DNA of 64,000 nt, from the IMG/VR virus record IMGVR_UViG_3300012956_000018, positions 13,091-77,090 of that record, one strand, 5' to 3'. A program made the translations under genes and the position numbers. This document shows positions 56,694 through 64,000 of the stretch, piece by piece. The notes below the pieces were generated by a model, which did no database searches, was not told the origin of the DNA, and saw only the letters and a program-made list of their open reading frames with translations. The DNA comes from a virus (taxonomy: Duplodnaviria; Caudoviricetes). The first letter of the stretch is position 1, and each line of letters opens with the position of its first letter.

Positions 56694-57864
56694 TTATAGC
56701 GCCCATGCCACGTGTATCAACTGGTATATTTTCTCTGGCGATGTTGATAGAAAATAGCTTATCTGCTAAATTAATTATAGAATTTGAATATTTTTTAGCA
56801 GAATATTTTATCGAAAAATCTTCTTTTATTTTAGAATTATCTAATTTATTGCACAAATATGCTGCATGTAAGAATTTGTCTTTTATACTCGTAAATCTAT
56901 TTCTATAAGAATCAATATTATATCCATTAAATCCATCTTCTATAAAATCACATAATCCTGAACGTATTTTCTTATAATGAGATATTACTGGAGTACCAAC
57001 ACTTAGTGCTTCTAGAGATGAATATCCTATGGATTCTCCTACTGCTGGAGACACATATACTGAATGCCTAGATAGTTCTTTGTATAGTAGTTCATGAGAT
57101 ATATTACTTGTAATAATATTTATATTGCTAGAAGAATTAATAATAGGCAAAATAATATCACTAAACCATTTAGACTCTATTATAGGAAATTTCGACGGTT
57201 CTCCTATTATAGTAAGATTAAATTCAGTATTCTTAAATATATTTACTAGATTTTCTATTTCTTTATCTCTGGATATCCTGCCCGTATATATTACAGAATT
57301 ACTATATCTACTATCGCTTATATCAGTAGATACTGGAACATAAGACGGGACAATAGTACAATCTACTACATCGGATAATACTGAATTAATATTATCTTTA
57401 ACAAATGAAGAAACAGCAGCTACTTTAAAATTACTGTGTTTAGATTTAATGTCTAAAATATACTTATAAAATAAACTATCATATTTCCATATAATATATG
57501 AGTGAGCAAAGTATATTGTAGGATAATCAAGACTAGCTATGTATCTCAATGCTCTAATACTGCCAGTACTAGATAATATTAAATCTGGATTCAGACTCTT
57601 AATATCTGTAAGGTATTTATGATAATTTTCTGTTGGATTGAAGTACTTTATAGTAGGATCATATAGAAGCTTACTGTACTTACTAGCAGCAGGCCAAGGT
57701 ATAAATCTATCTTTTATAACAGAATCCGAAGGTCCAGATAAATATACATCATGGCCGCTATGAACTAGGGCTTTATATGTATTTATAGTAAATGTTTCCA
57801 TTCCACTTTTGTAATTATCAAACTCTAGTGGATTAAAAACATTGCCCATTATTAATATTTTCAT
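56683..57864 (-). CDS. GT4-family glycosyltransferase
   Basis: SGMETF, VSSFVK, YTGRISRDKE and ESIGYSSLEALSVGTPVI; paralogous to 54417..55538. Confidence 0.88.
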   Translation of the reverse strand: MKILIMGNVFNPLEFDNYKSGMETFTINTYKALVHSGHDVYLSGPSDSVIKDRFIPWPAASKYSKLLYDPTIKYFNPTENYHKYLTDIKSLNPDLILSSTGSIRALRYIASLDYPTIYFAHSYIIWKYDSLFYKYILDIKSKHSNFKVAAVSSFVKDNINSVLSDVVDCTIVPSYVPVSTDISDSRYSNSVIYTGRISRDKEIENLVNIFKNTEFNLTIIGEPSKFPIIESKWFSDIILPIINSSSNINIITSNISHELLYKELSRHSVYVSPAVGESIGYSSLEALSVGTPVISHYKKIRSGLCDFIEDGFNGYNIDSYRNRFTSIKDKFLHAAYLCNKLDNSKIKEDFSIKYSAKKYSNSIINLADKLFSINIARENIPVDTRGMGAISAS

Positions 57865-58490
57865 ACAGTAGCATTCTTAGTTAGAGATATTAACATCTCT
57901 CTCTTAAGATAATCGTGATCTAATCTTACGTAAGGAGTAATATGAAACATTAATTTAACTATTTCAGCAGGATCCCAATATGCTACTGATCCCCTCTCGT
58001 CTACTGGCTGTATAGAGGATGATAGAGTAAATACTGTTCCAATATTAGAACTATTATACATCTTGGTAATTTTTTCTACTACTGAGTCTAAATTATGATC
58101 GTAATTTAGTGCCCCAATATTAGCTACTATATCCATATTGCCTAAATCTATCATATTAAAGTAGTCACCGCAGATAATAGTAACTCTCTCATCAGTAGTT
58201 ATGTCTTTATCTATTAAATCAATAACATTTTGTGCTATATCTACTCCTGTATAGTGATCTATTTCAATTAATTTTTCTAATTCAGAAAACAAATCACAAA
58301 ATCCACATCCTATATCTAAAATAGTGGATTTTAAACTGTGAGACCTTATCATATCATGAATGATTTCTGATGCCTTGATAGATCTAATTATTTTAGATTG
58401 TTCACTTCCATAATTGAGTGACTTAGAATTCTTGCCATGCTTAGCTGCTAAATCATTAAACAGAGACTTTTCAAATTCACTATTGTTCAT
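57861..58490 (-). CDS. Class I SAM-dependent methyltransferase
   Basis: ILDIGCGFCDL, YTGVDI, ICGDY and VANIGALN. Confidence 0.88.
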   Translation of the reverse strand: MNNSEFEKSLFNDLAAKHGKNSKSLNYGSEQSKIIRSIKASEIIHDMIRSHSLKSTILDIGCGFCDLFSELEKLIEIDHYTGVDIAQNVIDLIDKDITTDERVTIICGDYFNMIDLGNMDIVANIGALNYDHNLDSVVEKITKMYNSSNIGTVFTLSSSIQPVDERGSVAYWDPAEIVKLMFHITPYVRLDHDYLKREMLISLTKNATV

Positions 58491-59167
58491 TATTGAATCC
58501 TACTGATTTCGTTGATATACTGACTAGGATCAGATTCCCTACAAATGATTTCTAAAATACTGCCACCATAATTTATAAGAGATATATCTTGATATGATAT
58601 AAATATATCATCTGGCAATTTTGAAGAATCTATGTACTTCTTACCATCAGACCCAGATAAATACACATTTCCCCCTTGATTTTTAGTGATATTTATTAAT
58701 CTACTTGTTGGGTCTTCTTGTGTAATAGAGGAATCTACTACTAATTTAGAAGAATCCATTTCTAAGATATGTAGTAAACAATAAATAGCAGATATTGATA
58801 ATGCTGAAAACTTGCCTGTTAATACATGTTCTGGTGGATTATTTAGAAAGGATATTAGGGGGAATAATCGCTTAGCATATGGATACTTTTTTACTGAGTA
58901 ATTATGCCTAATAGTTTCAGATAATTTCTTCAGAGTTTTATTTAGATCTACTACATATAAATTCTGTATAATATTGATATTATGCTTTAATGTAACTGGA
59001 CACGATAGCCATTTATCTGCTTTTTCTCCTATTCTAGTTCTAGTCAAAAATCCTCTATTTGGTGGCTGTATACCATCAAATATTACGAATTTATCAGATA
59101 AATTATACTTGGCAAAGAATCCGGACCATGGTAAGAAGTTAGGTTGATGTACTGCTACTATTGTCAT
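58490..59167 (-). CDS. WbqC-like protein
   Basis: VHQPNFLPWSGFF.K, FVIFD, R..I...WL..PV and YLSG..GK.Y. Confidence 0.88.
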   Translation of the reverse strand: MTIVAVHQPNFLPWSGFFAKYNLSDKFVIFDGIQPPNRGFLTRTRIGEKADKWLSCPVTLKHNINIIQNLYVVDLNKTLKKLSETIRHNYSVKKYPYAKRLFPLISFLNNPPEHVLTGKFSALSISAIYCLLHILEMDSSKLVVDSSITQEDPTSRLINITKNQGGNVYLSGSDGKKYIDSSKLPDDIFISYQDISLINYGGSILEIICRESDPSQYINEISRIQ

Positions 59168-59817
59168 ATTCTTATCCTACTAATTTCATATACTTCAGCA
59201 TATCCATGAAATCTTCCATGAGTCCAGGCGTCAGCTTTACTGATTTCCATTATTCTCTCTAGCCATATATCACTACCATATTTATCTATCTGTGATTTAT
59301 GATATTTTAATGAATCTATTTTCAGAGAGATATGAGACTTGTCTAGAGGCACTATAAGATTAGGAGTAAATACTCCTAAACTCATAGTACTGGGAGCAGT
59401 GGGCTTAAAGAATATTAAATTGTTTATCAATCTAGAGGACGCACATACTGCTCTACATACTGCATTGTGATCTTGATGAGAATCAGATGGATGATGAGTA
59501 ATAATAGTATTTATATTATTATTTTTTACTAAATTATCTATATCTTTTATCATCTCAGTTAGAAATAAGTAAAGTTGTGTATCTTGATAATCTTTATGGT
59601 AAATTTTATTATGAGAATGCGTCTCATCACTTGAATTTAGCAGAATATTTAATGCTTGCTGTGATTCAATAAATCTATAAGAGAGATTATGAGTCATAAT
59701 CATTATTGATGGAGAGTTATTTTCTCTACTAATCTTAGAAATCAGTCCTCCAGCATTAATTTCTGCATCATCTGGATGTGCCGTTACGATTAACACATTA
59801 CCTAGACTTATATTCAT
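59164..59817 (-). CDS. PIG-L/LmbE-family N-acetyl-sugar deacetylase
   Basis: AHPDDAEINAGG, THHPSDSHQDH and YHKSQ. Confidence 0.9.
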   Translation of the reverse strand: MNISLGNVLIVTAHPDDAEINAGGLISKISRENNSPSIMIMTHNLSYRFIESQQALNILLNSSDETHSHNKIYHKDYQDTQLYLFLTEMIKDIDNLVKNNNINTIITHHPSDSHQDHNAVCRAVCASSRLINNLIFFKPTAPSTMSLGVFTPNLIVPLDKSHISLKIDSLKYHKSQIDKYGSDIWLERIMEISKADAWTHGRFHGYAEVYEISRIRI

Positions 59818-60800
59818 ATACTATTTTCCATATTTAGTGTTTTAATTAGAGATCTCCACTGATAAAGTTTTGATGTGTATTTACTACTATTATAATTATA
59901 TATTTTCCACAACAAATTACCATAATCTGGAGATTGGTACTTATATGTATTAGTGTCAAAGCAGATTCTAATGCCCTCATCACTTAATTCATTAGGATCT
60001 TTAGACCATGGCAACAAAGTCACATAAACATCCCTGCCAGTCTTTAGTAGCATATTTGCTGCTTTAATGGTTGGGCCGAGTGTTCCACCATCATACATTA
60101 CATAGATATTATCTACACTGTTAAGAGACTTTATCTGATTTAATTGATCTAATTTTAATGATTTTCCATATGTAGCTAATCCAGCGCATCCAGGTATTCT
60201 AGAAGCGGATATAGCAGAAAATACACCCTCAGTTATAATAATAGATTTATTATCCCCTATAAAACCTATTCCGTATACTGGTTTGGATGTCGATACAGGA
60301 TTTCTATATTTAATATAAGAATCTTGTTTAATATCTCTTATCTGATAGTAATCCGTGTATTTACCAGTCATAACATTAGGAATCACCACACCTAGTATAG
60401 GAAAATCTGTGGCTAGTAAATTATACCTATCTATTAACTGATCATTTATATTTCTGTTTATTAGATATTCATATACTTGAGGTATTTCTGATACTGGCTT
60501 AGTCCACGATAGATCAAATAGACTAGTGCTGTCTGTGGAATCTTCAGCTTGAGTGGGGGATAGTATACTTAGCCACTCTTCAGCTAATTCACTAATATCA
60601 GGTATTTCAGTATTAAATACTAGTGAGTCGCACTTGAAGCAGTGGCCCACTCTCTTTTTCTTATTATAATATAACTTACCAGAAGTATCTGGCTTGCCAA
60701 TAACTGTGATACAATATGGGCATAAATATACTTCTTCTAAGCCACTAGAAGATGTACCAAGACTCTTACCTAAGTCTTTGAATTTACCTATAACTCTCAT
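59814..60800 (-). CDS. DNA primase (Zn finger + Toprim)
   Basis: CPYC...HCFKC, YL.NR, ITEGVFSAI, YDGG and LPWSKDPNE. Confidence 0.88.
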   Translation of the reverse strand: MRVIGKFKDLGKSLGTSSSGLEEVYLCPYCITVIGKPDTSGKLYYNKKKRVGHCFKCDSLVFNTEIPDISELAEEWLSILSPTQAEDSTDSTSLFDLSWTKPVSEIPQVYEYLINRNINDQLIDRYNLLATDFPILGVVIPNVMTGKYTDYYQIRDIKQDSYIKYRNPVSTSKPVYGIGFIGDNKSIIITEGVFSAISASRIPGCAGLATYGKSLKLDQLNQIKSLNSVDNIYVMYDGGTLGPTIKAANMLLKTGRDVYVTLLPWSKDPNELSDEGIRICFDTNTYKYQSPDYGNLLWKIYNYNSSKYTSKLYQWRSLIKTLNMENSI

Positions 60801-61090
60801 GAATTTAATAGTCTAAGTAAAGCTGAAGCACTATAAAATTTCGCTGATTTGCTTATTTTAGATATTTCTGTAGTTTTATTATTAATATTATATACAGGCT
60901 TCTCGTACCCTCCAGATATTGAGAATTTACCAAATTTACTTATCTCTACATCAATACCCTCGGATAGATTTCCTGCTATTTCAGATATAAATTCATTTAC
61001 TACTTCTTCTATTTTATATTCAGGTAAATCTATAGATTTAGCTATTTCTTTAATTATATCTCTCTTCAGTATCTTCGATTTCTTCTTCAA
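60797..61090 (-). CDS. HU/IHF-like DNA-binding protein
   Basis: KRDIIKEIAK, VEISKFGKFS, YNINNKT and KFYSASAL. Confidence 0.85.
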   Translation of the reverse strand: MKKKSKILKRDIIKEIAKSIDLPEYKIEEVVNEFISEIAGNLSEGIDVEISKFGKFSISGGYEKPVYNINNKTTEISKISKSAKFYSASALLRLLNS

Positions 61091-61238
61091 ATGAATATTC
61101 TTTCTTTAAATTTTGATTATTGATTTCTTGTGGTATATCTGAATAACTATACTGAAAATAGTTTCCGCATATTAGGCATTTGAAATAGAATTTATCTAAG
61201 TCTTCTAATTCAAAACTACCACACTCAGGGCAATCCAT
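61050..61238 (-). CDS. Small Zn-ribbon protein
   Basis: CPECGS...FKCLICG. Confidence 0.6.
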   Translation of the reverse strand: MDCPECGSFELEDLDKFYFKCLICGNYFQYSYSDIPQEINNQNLKKEYSFEEEIEDTEERYN

Positions 61239-63060
61239 AGATTTTGCGCATATCGAATTCGCTAATTACAGCTATATTCATAGATTTTGCTGCTTTAGAT
61301 TTCGAAGATTGGCTAGATGGATCAGATTGAACAAGATACTTAACTTGAGGAGAAATTCCGTCCAATACACCAACTCCAACACTACTTAATTCCTTTACAA
61401 TTTCACTACGTTTCTTACTCATAGATCCAGTAAGTACAACATATTCTTTAATAAGAATTTCTTCTGGTCTGCTTTCTACCTTTACTAATCTATTTTCAAA
61501 TAGATTATATATTTTAACAATAAAATTCCAATTATTTCTAATAGATTCAGCAGAATGACTTGGAGCATTTATTGCTCTAATGAAATTATCTCTTGCATAT
61601 AATCCTACATCTAAATCATTCTTATCGATAAGATCCAGATAATTTGCAGCTCTATTACTAAGAGATTCTCCTACATTTCTTAATCCAAGAGAATATAGAA
61701 ACCACTTACTATCTAGAGTACGATCTTTGTTAAATAGCGGAATAATAGATTCTACTTGAGGAGAAGTAAATCTCTGATTATTTTCTTTATAATTAAAGAG
61801 ACGTCCTCTCATTACTCCTGTACTTACTTCAGGATCAAGATTAAGAATATTATAAATATCTATAAATGCTGAGATATTAAATGCTTTTCGTAATTTATCT
61901 ACATCTACCGCGCCTTCAGTAGTGAAATAAGTACTTAAGAATCTATTGATTCTCTGTTCTAGTTCTTTATGATCATTCTTTACAAATAGTCGACATCCAT
62001 CCCAATAAGTAGGATGTTCATCCCATATAGAAGGGATCTCTGGCGAAGAACGTGAGACTATTTTCGTGATATAGGGAATAATTTCATTAGCCTTTGTAAC
62101 TTCCACCAGAGATCCAGGACCAATACCTTCGTCTCTCACATATCCTGCATTGAATGCACTAATAGAGTCCCCAACAGAAGTACCATATAAAGTGAATCTC
62201 TCTTCCAACTCAACTACAGGCACTAATTGCAGAGTATCACTCAGATTCCAGTGTACTTTCTTTACTGTACCTACAACTCTATCAGTCTTACCTTTATAGG
62301 CTATTTTATTATTGGTATCAAATACTGGAAAGAGTACTAGGCCGTCTACTTGATAGGGATATTCTTGAGATTTAAATTTATTATAGAGATTTGATAAGTC
62401 ATCATCATTCAATTGCAAATCTACGCTATGATGATCTACTACTCTCCCATAAAATCCATCATGGAAATCATGAGAAATGAACTCTACTAAATTAAGATTA
62501 TCAAATGACTTAGAATTAATTATTCCTGCAGCTGCATTTCTAGGATTTGCATATCCTGCTAAATTAGTGAATGATGACTTTGAAATCACCAATTCACCTC
62601 TTACCACAGTATTAAATGGTCCTCTCATTAATTCTGCGGAGCTATGAAGATGAATAATCTTTTGAGTAATATCTACTCCGTAGATTCCATCTCCTCTAGT
62701 ACATGCCAAGATAAGATAGCCATTATCATCATACTGTAATAGCGCACTAAGCCCATCAAGCTTCGGAGTGATAACTATCTGAGTAGTGTTATTTAATGCA
62801 TTATTAATGTCAATTGAATTAAAGTATTTATCTAGTGAATGTTTGATTTCACATGGCAATTTGATTTTATCGCCGTATACTTTATGACCCCACCCTACAA
62901 CACTGAGGAGAGAATTTGTAGGATTAAGCAGTTTCAATTCATCTACCCACATATCAAACTGCTCATCTGATACAGTAGCTTCTCCTAAGTAGTATTGTTG
63001 GGCTGCATTAGTTATTAGAGCCTCGAGATCATAAATTCTCTGAGATTTAATTATTGCCAT
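61225..63060 (-). CDS. ligA: NAD-dependent DNA ligase
   Basis: YYLG...SDEQFD, PKLDGLS, TRGDG.YG.D, RGE, NPRNAAAG, DGLV, ANEIIP, SLGL..VG, C-terminal BRCT. Confidence 0.93.
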   Translation of the reverse strand: MAIIKSQRIYDLEALITNAAQQYYLGEATVSDEQFDMWVDELKLLNPTNSLLSVVGWGHKVYGDKIKLPCEIKHSLDKYFNSIDINNALNNTTQIVITPKLDGLSALLQYDDNGYLILACTRGDGIYGVDITQKIIHLHSSAELMRGPFNTVVRGELVISKSSFTNLAGYANPRNAAAGIINSKSFDNLNLVEFISHDFHDGFYGRVVDHHSVDLQLNDDDLSNLYNKFKSQEYPYQVDGLVLFPVFDTNNKIAYKGKTDRVVGTVKKVHWNLSDTLQLVPVVELEERFTLYGTSVGDSISAFNAGYVRDEGIGPGSLVEVTKANEIIPYITKIVSRSSPEIPSIWDEHPTYWDGCRLFVKNDHKELEQRINRFLSTYFTTEGAVDVDKLRKAFNISAFIDIYNILNLDPEVSTGVMRGRLFNYKENNQRFTSPQVESIIPLFNKDRTLDSKWFLYSLGLRNVGESLSNRAANYLDLIDKNDLDVGLYARDNFIRAINAPSHSAESIRNNWNFIVKIYNLFENRLVKVESRPEEILIKEYVVLTGSMSKKRSEIVKELSSVGVGVLDGISPQVKYLVQSDPSSQSSKSKAAKSMNIAVISEFDMRKIYGLP

Positions 63061-63130
63061 AGACTTATATAAGCTTCGTTTTCGCTCACAAGATAGAGCG
63101 TGTTAAAATCATAAATCACTGCTAAATACT

Positions 63131-63366
63131 AACTAAAAAGCCTCATATAGATGCACTATCGTGCTATATAAACATCTGAACATGTTTATATTCTATCGTT
63201 AGCAACTAGATTATTTAGTAAATATAGTAACTCCACTGTCACTTTCACCTATTTCTAGGATCCCCGTGATAGCGCCATGTCTTCGCTGGCTCAGCTTCTT
63301 TGCCACTCTATTTCTAAATATCTACCGGTATCCGATCCTGATACCAGGATGAGGCTAAACTTAGTT
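63131..63366 (-). ncRNA. Candidate structured non-coding RNA (unclassified)
   Basis: Ends pair (AACTAA/TTAGTT and AGCCTCAT/ATGAGGCT). Internal hairpins ATCCTG-GTAT-CAGGAT, CCTA-GAAA-TAGG, TATAAACAT/ATGTTTATA and GCAC/GTGC. Intergenic, no ORF. Confidence 0.5.
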
Positions 63367-63370
63367 ACAC

Positions 63371-63919
63371 TTATGCTGCTATGCTAGTCTTGTCTACTTT
63401 CTTCCACTCTGTTAATCTAGGTAATTCAGATGTAGCATATTTCTTAATCATAGCCTCTACTTTATCCCAATTAGGTATACTATGGCTAGATTGTTCTACA
63501 TCTAGATAAGATTTACCTCTGAGAAAGCAATATGCTAACAAAGTTGCTCTTGCCTCGATTCTCACCGTCCAGGTTCTGTGTAAATATAGCTTTTCTCTTA
63601 GTTCATTATCAAATGTTCGTAATTCTTCTTTCCTAATAATCCTAGCCTCTTCTGCTAGAGATTTCAGTTTTACTTTCAAGAACTTGATTTCGTGTCTCAT
63701 ATCAATTCCTTCATCATAAGATTTAAATTCATAGTATTTTAAATACTTATAATGATGGAGGACCTCTAATTGAACATTCACCTCATGACCAGTCTCCTCT
63801 GAATAGTTATGAATAATAGGAAATCTACAATCATAGCATTCAAATGTATAAGAATAGTGATTATCTTCTTTAAGATAATACTTGCTGCCACATTCACAAG
63901 TTACTAAATACACACTCAC
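63371..63919 (-). CDS. Hypothetical protein (N-terminal Cys pairs; C-terminal conserved phage domain, possible internal start MRHEIK)
   Basis: CECG and C.DC pairs; LKVKLKSLAEEARIIRKEE...ARATLLAY.FLRG. Confidence 0.65.
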   Translation of the reverse strand: MSVYLVTCECGSKYYLKEDNHYSYTFECYDCRFPIIHNYSEETGHEVNVQLEVLHHYKYLKYYEFKSYDEGIDMRHEIKFLKVKLKSLAEEARIIRKEELRTFDNELREKLYLHRTWTVRIEARATLLAYCFLRGKSYLDVEQSSHSIPNWDKVEAMIKKYATSELPRLTEWKKVDKTSIAA

Positions 63920-63933
63920 CCTCTTAAAATCAA

Positions 63934-63999
63934 TAGGCTACCAGGGAATCGAACCCTGAGCTATTAGGATTGAAAGCCATAAGCTGACCATCGTAGCCC
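63934..63999 (-). tRNA. Atypical 66-nt tRNA-like element, anticodon TTC (Glu), D-arm absent
   Basis: Acceptor GGGCTAC/GTAGCCT, T-arm CAGGG-TTCGATT-CCCTG, loop CTTTCAA; only GATGGTC in place of a D-arm; no encoded CCA. Confidence 0.6.
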
Positions 64000-64000
64000 A

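Noticed and set aside
588-61094. Antisense and nested ORFs in the track (for example 588..803, 5822..6088, 6069..6359, 11968..12426, 21515..21700, 33285..33491, 47501..47791, 56705..56908, 60849..61094)
   Set aside because: They are shadows of long genes with recognisable motifs on the other strand or frame and carry no motifs of their own.
63061-63370. Group I intron, RNase P or tmRNA identity for the structured region
   Set aside because: No P7-forming GACTA/TAGTC pair, no GAGGAAAGUC, no tRNA-like ends, and no interrupted gene.
63934-63999. tRNA-like element as an ochre suppressor for the sheath stop
   Set aside because: The loop reads CT-TTC-AA (Glu), not TTA.
1-64000. Alternative genetic code (stop-codon reassignment) explaining the sheath TAA
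   Set aside because: TAA, TAG and TGA all end long, well-packed genes throughout, and only one internal stop was seen.
1-64000. CRISPR array, integrase, IS element or diversity-generating retroelement
   Set aside because: No regularly spaced repeats, recombinase, transposase or reverse transcriptase was seen; the fibre repeats are diverged protein modules, not a TR/VR pair.

Overview
This is an AT-rich 64 kb segment of a large lytic myovirus (contractile-tailed dsDNA phage, genetic code 11). A Gram-negative host is likely because an Rz/Rz1-like spanin pair is present. The + strand (1-29.9 kb) is the late module: neck and head-associated genes, eight small ORFs sharing an N-terminal MPKL-type peptide, a GH108 endolysin, a T4-like sheath/tube/baseplate, two tail fibres, a degenerate amidase and spanins. 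The - strand (29.9-64 kb) encodes the large terminase (with an HNH intein), putative regulators, DnaB helicase, a split UDG-exonuclease/family A polymerase, type II topoisomerase A and B, a flap nuclease, RecA (with a second HNH intein), SSB, primase, HU and an NAD-dependent ligase. The best candidate new system is a ~9.8 kb cluster (50.0-59.8 kb) inserted between SSB and primase. It joins a 5-hydroxymethyl-dU pathway (dUMP hydroxymethylase-like, NMP kinase, HD nucleotidase, 5-hmdU DNA kinase-like) to three GT-B glycosyltransferases, an NDP-sugar epimerase, a methyltransferase, a WbqC-like protein and a PIG-L deacetylase, suggesting an undescribed glycan-type thymidine hypermodification. The MPKL peptide family may be a capsid-targeting signal for co-injected proteins. 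Other oddities are an in-frame TAA in the tail sheath gene, several single-base frame breaks (some possibly sequencing errors), an exact 39-bp GC-rich repeat, a candidate structured ncRNA and a D-armless tRNA-like element. All family assignments come from motif recognition by eye; no searches were run.
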